A DNA stretch of 64,000 nucleotides from an uncultured archaeon (GTDB lineage: Archaea; Asgardarchaeota; Heimdallarchaeia; Heimdallarchaeales; Heimdallarchaeaceae), in contig CAZHRF010000013.1 of assembly GCA_964534625.1 (NCBI GenBank), positions 1,612-65,611 of the forward strand, given 5' to 3'. Under the pieces are notes generated by a model that was given only the letters and a program-made list of their open reading frames with translations, ran no database searches and was not told the origin of the DNA. A program made the position numbers and the translations under genes. How positions within the stretch are numbered: position 1 is the first letter of the stretch; every line of letters begins with the position of its first letter. Positions 35,963 through 44,552 of this stretch are shown piece by piece.

Positions 35963-37660
35963 TTAGGTAAATATCTCCCTAACATTGCATGTTTTGTTAT
36001 AATGATTACAATATGCATCTATAATTTTCTTAATTAGGGCGATTAAAATATAATTCCAATATCTTACAGAATCTTTGTATTCAACAAATATGGATCTTGC
36101 TCTTTTATATTCATCAATCGTTCTATATTCTGAATTTTCATTGCGTATCGCTTCTTTTATATCATAATCTTTTTTTGTATAAAAGGATTTTACGACTTCT
36201 GCTATGCTTTTAATAGCTTTGGCAAATAGTATTGATTCAATCCATGAAATAGTGTTTCCTCTTATTTCCACATTCATCTTATTTATGTCAAATGCATCTT
36301 CATATAGTTCATCTTTATCAAATATGTCTTTGGTGTATGATCTTGCAATATTTTGTTTTCCTTGAAAAGCCATACTTAATTGTCCAAATTCCTTCATAGT
36401 CAGAATACGATAATTTTTTGGCAGACCTTTAAATTTTTCCACAGATCCAGACCTTGACTTTGTAGAATCCCAACCTCCTCTTTTATGTTCATAAAATATT
36501 GATATCGAATGATCCCCAAGCATGTTTTTAATTGGAAGATGTATGTACTCATCAGCCGATCTCATATCTAGTTTGTTAATAGGGTTTTGTGTGTTTGTAG
36601 CTTGGGCAATTTTCTGTTTCTGTTTTTCATCTTCTATAGGGATGATTTTTGCCCAAACGTTTATTCCCTCTTGTTTAATATCATTTAAAGCCATTTTGTT
36701 TTCTCTCATAAAATCTCTTACAGCATCGTGAATTGCCCAACAAGTTTGACATCCATTAACTATTTGTGGTTTTACTAATATAAATTCGCCATTAAATACT
36801 TCTTGCTCTTCAATAATAACTAGGTCACAAATGATGTTCAATCCATTGTTCAGTGTTTCTAGTTCGTAATTAATGTCACCATTAGCTTTATCTAATAATT
36901 CTTTAACTTCATCTTTAATCATTTTTCCAATTTTCGACCCTCTACTAGGTGGTAATCTGAATCTTAAATTTTTGAGAAATAGTGCATCATTATGGGACTT
37001 AAGTAAATCATATATTTGAGTGACATTAATTGGACTTAATACCAGTTTTATTTCCTCTTCATTGTTTTTTCTAAGTATCAGCGCCTCTTTTTCCGATTTT
37101 ATCTTAATCTCATCTGGTGGTTGTAAAAAATATGATTCTTGATACCTTATGATTTCTATTATATCCTCTTTATCGTAAATTTCGACATCATTTTGTTTTG
37201 CATTTAATATTGCATCATCATTTAATCTTCCAGTAACACATACGACTTTACGAATAAGTTTTAGGTCTTTTAACCTTTTATAATCGCCCCTTAAATCTCT
37301 AAAATCATTGTTGAGAACATCTTCATCACTCTCTAGCATTCTTATTCCATTTAGGAGTTGATCTATAGGTTCATTGTCAAATGTTGTGTCTGACGAGAGA
37401 TCAGAGTATTTGCATTGTACTAGTAAAATTGTGTCTTTTTCATCATCGATTACTCCAATATCTATTCCATGATCACCTGTTTGACCAAAAAAAATCCTTT
37501 CATTAGGGTCAATGCCAAATATGTTTTTTGTGGCCCATTTTTCAAAAATAAATCCTTTTTTCTCATTTGATAGGATTTCTTCATTGGGATAATACTCTTT
37601 ACCTAAATTATTAATAGATTCTTCAAAATCTTGTATTATTTGTTCATTAAAATTACTCAT
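35963..37660 (-). CDS. AIPR-family abortive-infection protein with N-terminal PD-(D/E)XK (Mrr-like) nuclease domain
   Basis: The N-terminus has GDHGIDIGVIDDEKDTILLVQCKY (D...QxK nuclease core). The central PQIVNGCQT is the AIPR hallmark. Confidence 0.7.
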   Translation of the reverse strand: MSNFNEQIIQDFEESINNLGKEYYPNEEILSNEKKGFIFEKWATKNIFGIDPNERIFFGQTGDHGIDIGVIDDEKDTILLVQCKYSDLSSDTTFDNEPIDQLLNGIRMLESDEDVLNNDFRDLRGDYKRLKDLKLIRKVVCVTGRLNDDAILNAKQNDVEIYDKEDIIEIIRYQESYFLQPPDEIKIKSEKEALILRKNNEEEIKLVLSPINVTQIYDLLKSHNDALFLKNLRFRLPPSRGSKIGKMIKDEVKELLDKANGDINYELETLNNGLNIICDLVIIEEQEVFNGEFILVKPQIVNGCQTCWAIHDAVRDFMRENKMALNDIKQEGINVWAKIIPIEDEKQKQKIAQATNTQNPINKLDMRSADEYIHLPIKNMLGDHSISIFYEHKRGGWDSTKSRSGSVEKFKGLPKNYRILTMKEFGQLSMAFQGKQNIARSYTKDIFDKDELYEDAFDINKMNVEIRGNTISWIESILFAKAIKSIAEVVKSFYTKKDYDIKEAIRNENSEYRTIDEYKRARSIFVEYKDSVRYWNYILIALIKKIIDAYCNHYNKTCNVREIFT

Positions 37661-37707
37661 TTGTCTGTTAGTTATTATTATATATATAAGTATTTTGTAT
37701 TAAACAT

Positions 37708-37771
37708 GTGCTACGTTTATTCCCTCTCCCTACTGTCTTTCAAGTCCTTTGAGCGGGGATGAAACACTTAC
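37708..37771 (+). mobile_element. Short or internally deleted MITE copy B (about 64 bp)
   Basis: gtgctacgtttattccctc...gagcggggatgaaacacttac keeps both end motifs of copies A and C. No clear target-site duplication. Confidence 0.5.
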
Positions 37772-37865
37772 CTTATTTGATGCATTGAAATATGTTCGTG
37801 ATTTTGCTTTTATTATTATTACTATTATCGTATAAATAAATACGAAAATGAAGATGAGGTTTGCC

Positions 37866-38780
37866 TTAATTTTTCTTGTTTTCTTTTCTAAATATCAAGC
37901 AATACTGGTGATGTCTATTACCAACCCAAGCATTGTAAATTCCTAAAGGTAGTAAACTTTTATCATCTTGGCACCAGATTTTCTCATCTTTAAGTACCCA
38001 TTTACATTTATCAGTTCTAGATAGTGAGATTGCTGTATCATAAGCTAGGGGATAGACTTCACCATTATAAAAAACATTATTAGTTATAACAACCAAGTAT
38101 CCTTTATTTTTCATAACTTTCCATACTTGATCAAATATTTTCTTTTGTTCTTCTATAAACTCAAGATAATCATCAATATTTCCAATGTCATCCTCATTAT
38201 CTTCTGAGTAAATTGTATCAAGATTCTTCTCTTTTCTTTCTTTTTGTCTGATGTGGTTTCTTTTTAGTTGATTCCAATAAGGTGGACTGGTAATACAGAA
38301 ATCAACTTCTTCGATACCTTCTTTCTCAAGTAATGATACTAAATTCCGGGAATCTCCTGTGATTATTTTGTGTTCTGAAGTCATAATTTTTTCTTCAGAT
38401 ACTGAAACTTTATTCAAAATTTGTGATAATTCAGGTTGATCTTTTAGTCTTTCTTTAGCAATTTTGGAGTATTTTTTGTTAATCTCTATACCTACCCCAT
38501 TACGAATTAATTCTCTGCAAGCTACTAATGTGCTACCTGTGCCTAGAAAAGGATCTATTACCCACTCTCCTTTTTTAGTAAAAAAAGCTATAAATTCACT
38601 TACAAGGGATTCGGGATAACTAGCGGGATGCATTACCTTTTTATCCCCTCTCGATTTTGGTCTGTGAATAAACCATGATTTTGTAAATTTAATCCATTCC
38701 TTGCCTGAAAGTTCGTTTAATCGGTTTTCTGGTTTTTTTCTTTTGTTTTTTGTCAAGTAAATCAAGCCTTTTTCTGTCAA
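37866..38780 (-). CDS. SAM-dependent DNA methyltransferase (N6A/N4C type)
   Basis: Motif I is VIDPFLGTGSTLVA and catalytic motif IV is CITSPPYWN. The size is typical of a type II methyltransferase. Confidence 0.8.
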   Translation of the reverse strand: MTEKGLIYLTKNKRKKPENRLNELSGKEWIKFTKSWFIHRPKSRGDKKVMHPASYPESLVSEFIAFFTKKGEWVIDPFLGTGSTLVACRELIRNGVGIEINKKYSKIAKERLKDQPELSQILNKVSVSEEKIMTSEHKIITGDSRNLVSLLEKEGIEEVDFCITSPPYWNQLKRNHIRQKERKEKNLDTIYSEDNEDDIGNIDDYLEFIEEQKKIFDQVWKVMKNKGYLVVITNNVFYNGEVYPLAYDTAISLSRTDKCKWVLKDEKIWCQDDKSLLPLGIYNAWVGNRHHQYCLIFRKENKKN

Positions 38781-38998
38781 ATGAAATAGTGTTATTTTAT
38801 GGGTTTAAAGAACCTTTTATTACAGATATTTCAGTACTATTATATTTTTTATCATATACTATCTTCAACGAAAGTATTTGAAGACAACAATTTTGTTAAA
38901 AATAACTTTAAGAATTATAGTAATACCTAATTATTTTTAAAAGAAAAATAAGCGGATAGGGTGATTTTAGGAGTATACTAAAACTATAAAATAGACTT

Positions 38999-40024
38999 TT
39001 AGTCTTGTGGTGGCCAAGGATCATATGGTTTTATAAGGGCAATTTTTCTTATAGTAACCCTCTTGATAATACCTAGATCATCCATTAAACCTATGTAATT
39101 TGATATTCTCTGATGATTGTTCAAGAAACGTATACCTAAGAAGTTGCTTTCGTCAAATCCTTCTTCTATATATACTTCTTTGATTTTTTCTACTATGTCC
39201 TTGTTGGAAATAACTTGATCATCACAAGGATTGAGATTCTTATCTAAGCAATGTTTGAAAATTGCTCTCCAGATAATTTCTATAGGTTTTTTGAATATTT
39301 CATAGATAGTTTTCTTCATTCCCCACATATTTTGTTCATGTTTTAAAGCTAGGATTCTTTTAGAGAGATTTGTAAGTCTATTTTCAAAATCGATGAAACC
39401 ATATTGATATAAAGTTAAAAGAAAATTAACTCTTATGTGTTTTTCATTAAATTTAGTTCCATCATCCTTAAGCACCCCATTTTGAATACGTTCCGTTATA
39501 TAATGTGTTTCTAGTTCTTCTTCAGATTTTTCAAACTCTTCTTCCTTAATTACTTCTAAAATCTCTAATAATCTATCAATAGAGTTAATACCTTCATTAA
39601 AGAACACCCCTTGAACCATTATTTCTTTTTCTTCTTCTAAATTTTTAAGTTCCTTTTTTGCATCTTCTAGCGTTAATTCTCCGCCTTTCTTGTCTAGATA
39701 GAATATGTCTATTTCATCTGGTAAAGCTAACTTTGTTAAAGATACTAAACTATCTTGTGGTATTAAAAACACTACCTTTCCCTTTTTCAATTTGTCATTC
39801 TTATTTCTAAGGTGTTGATATTGATAACATTGTCCGATACCCCGAACAATATCAGTAAGACCAACTGAACCTTTGCACTCAATAAGAAAATCTGCTTGAT
39901 CATTTTTAAAGGCAACAACATCAATTATTGGACCTTGATATATGACAGGATATTCTTCATGAATATCATAGCCTTTTTTCTTATAATATTTTATGGCGGC
40001 ATTTTTTACGGTTTTTTCAATCAT
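38999..40024 (-). CDS. PD-(D/E)XK nuclease-like N-terminal domain fused to a helical/wHTH-like C-terminal region (candidate restriction or reader component)
   Basis: GPIIDVVAFKNDQADFLIECKG provides the D...ExK core. The gene lies between the DpdA-like genes and the methyltransferase on the same strand. Confidence 0.45.
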   Translation of the reverse strand: MIEKTVKNAAIKYYKKKGYDIHEEYPVIYQGPIIDVVAFKNDQADFLIECKGSVGLTDIVRGIGQCYQYQHLRNKNDKLKKGKVVFLIPQDSLVSLTKLALPDEIDIFYLDKKGGELTLEDAKKELKNLEEEKEIMVQGVFFNEGINSIDRLLEILEVIKEEEFEKSEEELETHYITERIQNGVLKDDGTKFNEKHIRVNFLLTLYQYGFIDFENRLTNLSKRILALKHEQNMWGMKKTIYEIFKKPIEIIWRAIFKHCLDKNLNPCDDQVISNKDIVEKIKEVYIEEGFDESNFLGIRFLNNHQRISNYIGLMDDLGIIKRVTIRKIALIKPYDPWPPQD

Positions 40025-40077
40025 AAGAAGAATGGTGTGAAAATTTATTAAAATATTATGGCAATAAAATATACCAT

Positions 40078-41256
40078 TTATAAATATTGTAATATTTTAC
40101 TCTGTCTAAACTTCCTTTTTCGTTGTCCATATTTAAATAAAGAAAAGTATTGACTGTTCTTTAGATTTATTTCCAAGAATTCTGCATACTGTTTATTGGC
40201 TATTTTATTTAATGCCCGATGATTTTCTTTCATGAATACATAAGCATTATGTATTGCTCTTAACTTAAAGCTGTCATTTATTTTTTTTAAAGAATTATTT
40301 TCATGAATGCCACAATTACATTTCTTGAATTGTTCTATTTCCAATTTTGATAATTTTGGTCTATTTTTTCTTGCAGGACTAGGTAGAATAAATCTGTCTC
40401 CAGTCTTTGGCAACTGTATTGCACCAAATGCTGCTTTTAATCTCCAGCCCATGGAATCAATTGAATCGACTCCCAAGGCAAACATCAGATGCATCGTTGA
40501 GGAGCTTCCAATTCCAAAAACATGGAGAAATTTATCAGGAAATCTTTTTCGAACATATTTGATTGAATCTATGATAAATTGTTGAGTAGTATATTCATTG
40601 GATATTGCAAAACCGCTTTCAATTCCTATTTTTTTCGTTTTTTTTGCTGATCTTATTAGAGGTACTAAACTTCCTATACCTATAACAGGTGTGTCATAAC
40701 AAGCTAAACAATCACAAAAATGTTTTATTTCTTCCTTTGTATAACCATGGATAATGGGCATTATATTATTAAATTCTTGACTCATTAATCCCCAATTGTC
40801 CAATGATTTTTTGATATTAAACTTTCTTTGAGTTTTATTTTGATTCGGACCTAATGGTAAATCTAAACTAGCTAGTAAATCTGGTGAGGTTTTCTTATAG
40901 ATTTCTACAACTTCTTCCAAATTGATTTCAAAGTCTTGATTTTTCTGGATCAAATACCCACCAGAATCCATAAATACAATTCCATCAAAATTTAAAAAAG
41001 CATGAATATTTGAATCAAAGATTTTTTGTTTATGCTTTATTGATTTAATTATTTCATAAGCATTAATCATTAAACCTTGGATGTTTTTTTCTTTACCTTG
41101 TTCTCTAAAATAAACCCAAGGTTCAGGTTTTCCATTAAGTATTGTACCATGGAACATGATGGGAGTTTTTACTATTTTTGATCCAATTTTGAGTTTGCCT
41201 GTTCTAGCTTCTGTTTTTTTATCCTCATTATTTACAGTAAAACTAATTTTTGTCAA
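40078..41256 (-). CDS. TGT-family transglycosylase without PUA/tRNA-binding domains (DpdA-like), paralog 1; TTG start
   Basis: Collinear with the ArcTGT catalytic core: GKLKIGSKIVKTPIMF, GIVFMDSGGYLI, IIHGYT, GIGSLVPL, LHVFGIGSSSTMHLMFALGVDSIDS, and zinc site CNCGIH...IHNAY. Confidence 0.75.
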   Translation of the reverse strand: MTKISFTVNNEDKKTEARTGKLKIGSKIVKTPIMFHGTILNGKPEPWVYFREQGKEKNIQGLMINAYEIIKSIKHKQKIFDSNIHAFLNFDGIVFMDSGGYLIQKNQDFEINLEEVVEIYKKTSPDLLASLDLPLGPNQNKTQRKFNIKKSLDNWGLMSQEFNNIMPIIHGYTKEEIKHFCDCLACYDTPVIGIGSLVPLIRSAKKTKKIGIESGFAISNEYTTQQFIIDSIKYVRKRFPDKFLHVFGIGSSSTMHLMFALGVDSIDSMGWRLKAAFGAIQLPKTGDRFILPSPARKNRPKLSKLEIEQFKKCNCGIHENNSLKKINDSFKLRAIHNAYVFMKENHRALNKIANKQYAEFLEINLKNSQYFSLFKYGQRKRKFRQSKILQYL

Positions 41257-41322
41257 TATTCTTTCCTAGCTACATAAAAGATATTAATAAAGCAAAAAGA
41301 AAAAATGTGCAAAAATAGTTTG

Positions 41323-42492
41323 TTAGACATAGCTTATAAGTTTAGTCTGTTTTTGAGATTGATTTAGACTATATTTAAAGAGTTTTTTGTAAATAGTTCG
41401 TTCCAATCTTTTATTAACAAAACTTTTGTAGTTTTCGTTAGTAATTGCTTCTATTGCTTTGATGTTTTCCTGTAGAAATATATATGCATTATGTATTGCC
41501 TTAGGTTCAAAAGTTACATCAATATAATCATAATCATATTCTTGATGAATGCCACAATTACAATCATTGAACCTTCTTTTTTGTTCATTAGAGAATATGG
41601 GCCTATTACCTCTTTTCCCATCTAAGTCGGAAAGAAACCTGTCAGCTGTAAAAGGGAGCTGTACTGCGCCATAAGCTGCTTTTAATCTCCAGCCCATGGA
41701 ATCGATGGAATCTACTCCCAAAGCAAACATCAAATGCATTGTTGAAGCACTCCCAATACCAAAAACGTGAAGCATCCGTTCAGGAAATCTCTTCCTTACA
41801 TAATTAATAGAATCAACGACAAAATGTTTACTTTTATACCACTTCTCATCTGAAAATCCACTATTCTTACCAATATGTTTTGTACCATTGGTTGATCTCA
41901 TTAGAGGAACAAGACTTCCTATCCCTATAACAGGACATTCATAAGATTCTAAGATGTCACAAGCATTTTTTAATTGTTTTTTAGTATAGCCATGAACGAC
42001 AGGAACTATGTTTGGAAAAATTTCGTGCATTTCTTCATAATTTTTCATGGTATTTTTCCAATTTTTTTGGTTCTCTTGATAACTTTTTTCAGGAGAAAAT
42101 GGATGATCCAAGGAAACAAAAAGATCTGGATCTGACTTTCTATAAACCTCTAAAACATCTTCGACTTCAATCTCAAAATCTTGTTTTTTTTGGATTAAAT
42201 ATCCACCTGAGTCCATAAATACAATTCCATCAAAATTTAGAAAATCATGTATATTGTTTTCAAAAATAGTTTTTTTATGCTTAACAGATTTGATTATTTC
42301 ATATGCATTTAACATTAAACCGCGTATATTTTGCTTTTTACCGTGTTTTTTGAAATATATCCATGGTTCGGGTTTTCCATTAAGTATTGTGCCATGGAAC
42401 ATGATTGGGGTTTGAATTCTTTTATTACCAATTTTTAAAGTTCCCTTTCTAGCAGCAGTATCGTCGCATTCTTTATCAATCTTGAAAGACAT
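41323..42492 (-). CDS. TGT-family transglycosylase without PUA/tRNA-binding domains (DpdA-like), paralog 2
   Basis: Has the same motif set as paralog 1 (GTLKIGNKRIQTPIMF, FMDSGGYLI, VVHGYT, LHVFGIGSASTMHLMFALGVDSIDS, CNCGIH...IHNAY). Confidence 0.75.
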   Translation of the reverse strand: MSFKIDKECDDTAARKGTLKIGNKRIQTPIMFHGTILNGKPEPWIYFKKHGKKQNIRGLMLNAYEIIKSVKHKKTIFENNIHDFLNFDGIVFMDSGGYLIQKKQDFEIEVEDVLEVYRKSDPDLFVSLDHPFSPEKSYQENQKNWKNTMKNYEEMHEIFPNIVPVVHGYTKKQLKNACDILESYECPVIGIGSLVPLMRSTNGTKHIGKNSGFSDEKWYKSKHFVVDSINYVRKRFPERMLHVFGIGSASTMHLMFALGVDSIDSMGWRLKAAYGAVQLPFTADRFLSDLDGKRGNRPIFSNEQKRRFNDCNCGIHQEYDYDYIDVTFEPKAIHNAYIFLQENIKAIEAITNENYKSFVNKRLERTIYKKLFKYSLNQSQKQTKLISYV

Positions 42493-42578
42493 TGAATATC
42501 TTTTCCTCTTTTCAAGAGAATATAATTTATCCCATATATAAGGATAACATTTATTTTGTTAAAAATTATTAAAAAATC
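42493..42578. promoter_or_regulatory. Divergent promoter spacer between the DpdA-like and PLD genes
   Basis: 86-bp AT-rich spacer. TATA-like tataatttat (42521-42530) and catatataagg (42533-42543) each lie about 30-40 nt from the respective start codon. A small palindrome ctctt-ttc-aagag sits at 42506-42518. Confidence 0.35.
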
Positions 42579-43925
42579 ATGCATCCAATCATTTTGTTTA
42601 ATAACATACATAATGAATATAACTTAAATGAGAAAACTAAAGATTTGAAAGATACTTTATCAAGGAAAATTAAGGAAGGAGCGAAGGAGGATGGAAGTGA
42701 GTTACTTTTTGGAGTTGCATATATTAAAAATTCAGGCATAAATCCCTATCTAAACAATTTTGAACAAATATTAAGTCAGAATGGAAGAATCAAAATATTA
42801 ACTTGTTTTGATTTTGGATTAACCGATCCACTTGCATTGAAAAAACTTATCCAATTGAAAAAATTTGGGGATATCGAAGTTCATTTCTATCAAAATACAA
42901 AAGGTAATTATCATCCTAAATTTTACTTATTTAATACAAATAATAAAAGAGGGGGTATAATAGGTTCAAATAATTTTACATATTCTGCTCTCAATGATAA
43001 TATAGAATTAGCTGTTTTAATTAATGACCAAGAAAGTATTAAAAATTTGGAGAGTTATTTTTATTCACTATGGCAAAAATCAGTTAATATCAATGCTGAA
43101 ATTATTGATGAGTATTCAACAAAATATAACAAGCTACAAATAGAACGAGAAAAAACAGAGAAAGAAATGAAACAATTAGCTGAAAGTTTTGAAGAAAGAG
43201 TAATAAGTGACCCCATAGATGAAGAAGAAATAGAAACCATAATATCACAAATCAAAGCTTATTTTAATATTCCCTCTGGCTTGCTTTTTTGGAGAGATGT
43301 GGCTCCTGATGAAGTAGGTACATTATTGTATTATTCTTCAAAAGAAGAAGATTTTGATGCAAGAGAATTTGTAATAGATTTGATAAGAAATGACTGTCTT
43401 CATTATAAAAGTGAGTCATCAATTGGAGCATGGTTAAATTATCGCTTATTTATGGAAACCATAGGTTATTGGGATGATTATGGACTAACAAAATGGGGAA
43501 AAATTGCTCTTGATGAATATAGAAAATCAGGACAAGGTTTTTTAGCATTTTTGCAATTCAGCATATTAGTTTCGGGTGAAATTTACAGATTAATTAGTGT
43601 ATTAAATCAAGCAAACAGTGAAATTAAGCACATAATTAATTCTGAAAGTAGATTATTAAAGGGTGAATGGATTGATCTTGTTTATCCAATAATATGTGAA
43701 AAACTGGCAAAATATGGTGCGGATTATGAATTGGGAGAGGAAAGTTTCAAACGATATCTTCCAAGTCTATTTAATAAATTTGGACTGGGGTCATATATCT
43801 ATACAATAATACCAACTGTCTACGAAATCAAAATACATGAAATCTCTCACCAAATTCTCAATTATGGTCAGAAATTCAAATTGAAATCATCGGAAACGCA
43901 AAATGATTTTATTGGCGATCTCTGA
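42579..43925 (+). CDS. PLD-superfamily (single HKD-like motif) nuclease-like protein with a large uncharacterised C-terminal domain
   Basis: NYHPKFYLFNTNNKRGGIIGSNNFTYSAL is an HxK...GSxN motif. The C-terminal ~280 aa are unassigned. Confidence 0.65.
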   Translation: MHPIILFNNIHNEYNLNEKTKDLKDTLSRKIKEGAKEDGSELLFGVAYIKNSGINPYLNNFEQILSQNGRIKILTCFDFGLTDPLALKKLIQLKKFGDIEVHFYQNTKGNYHPKFYLFNTNNKRGGIIGSNNFTYSALNDNIELAVLINDQESIKNLESYFYSLWQKSVNINAEIIDEYSTKYNKLQIEREKTEKEMKQLAESFEERVISDPIDEEEIETIISQIKAYFNIPSGLLFWRDVAPDEVGTLLYYSSKEEDFDAREFVIDLIRNDCLHYKSESSIGAWLNYRLFMETIGYWDDYGLTKWGKIALDEYRKSGQGFLAFLQFSILVSGEIYRLISVLNQANSEIKHIINSESRLLKGEWIDLVYPIICEKLAKYGADYELGEESFKRYLPSLFNKFGLGSYIYTIIPTVYEIKIHEISHQILNYGQKFKLKSSETQNDFIGDL

Positions 43926-44552
43926 GTCACTCAAGTCCTCAATAATGTCATTAATATCGGATAAAGTAATATTCTGACCTTTTTGTGTCTTTGTATAATA
44001 TAAATTTACAAATCTTGATATTGCATCAGAATCGCTGATATTTTCAATATCTATTTGATTATTTTGCATCTGCTCAATGTGTTCATCAAACTGATTTTGA
44101 TATGTTTCTGCATCCAAATTTCTGCTTATTCTAGAATTTGTTAATTTCTTAATTTCCTTGTAAATTCCTTTTAAATTTTTAGCTTTTTTGGTTTTTTCTT
44201 TATCTATTTTGATTTGAATTAAGAAATCTAAGAAAGCTATTTTGTCATCTATAGCTTTAATTATCTCAAACTTAAATGAATTCATTAATCCTTCGGCGTT
44301 TTTAAAGAGATCTTCTACATTTGTAATAAGATCGTCATGTTCTATTTTTTGATGGGATTTCAATGACTCATAATTTTCATATAAATTCTTGAGACTTGTT
44401 TTTTTCCCTATTGCAATTAAAAATTTGGAGTAACATAGACATTTCACTAAAGATTCGTTTAAATCTTGAAATTTTTCTTCTATCTCTCTGGTTTTCTCTC
44501 TATTTAATGACTTTTCAAGTGCTTTAACTAATGACATCATGTATCTCTCCAA
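43887..44552 (-). CDS. Hypothetical helical protein, last gene of the helicase operon
   Basis: Overlaps the upstream gene by 29 nt. Its 3' end overlaps the convergent PLD gene by 39 nt. Confidence 0.4.
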   Translation of the reverse strand: MERYMMSLVKALEKSLNREKTREIEEKFQDLNESLVKCLCYSKFLIAIGKKTSLKNLYENYESLKSHQKIEHDDLITNVEDLFKNAEGLMNSFKFEIIKAIDDKIAFLDFLIQIKIDKEKTKKAKNLKGIYKEIKKLTNSRISRNLDAETYQNQFDEHIEQMQNNQIDIENISDSDAISRFVNLYYTKTQKGQNITLSDINDIIEDLSDSEIANKIILRFR

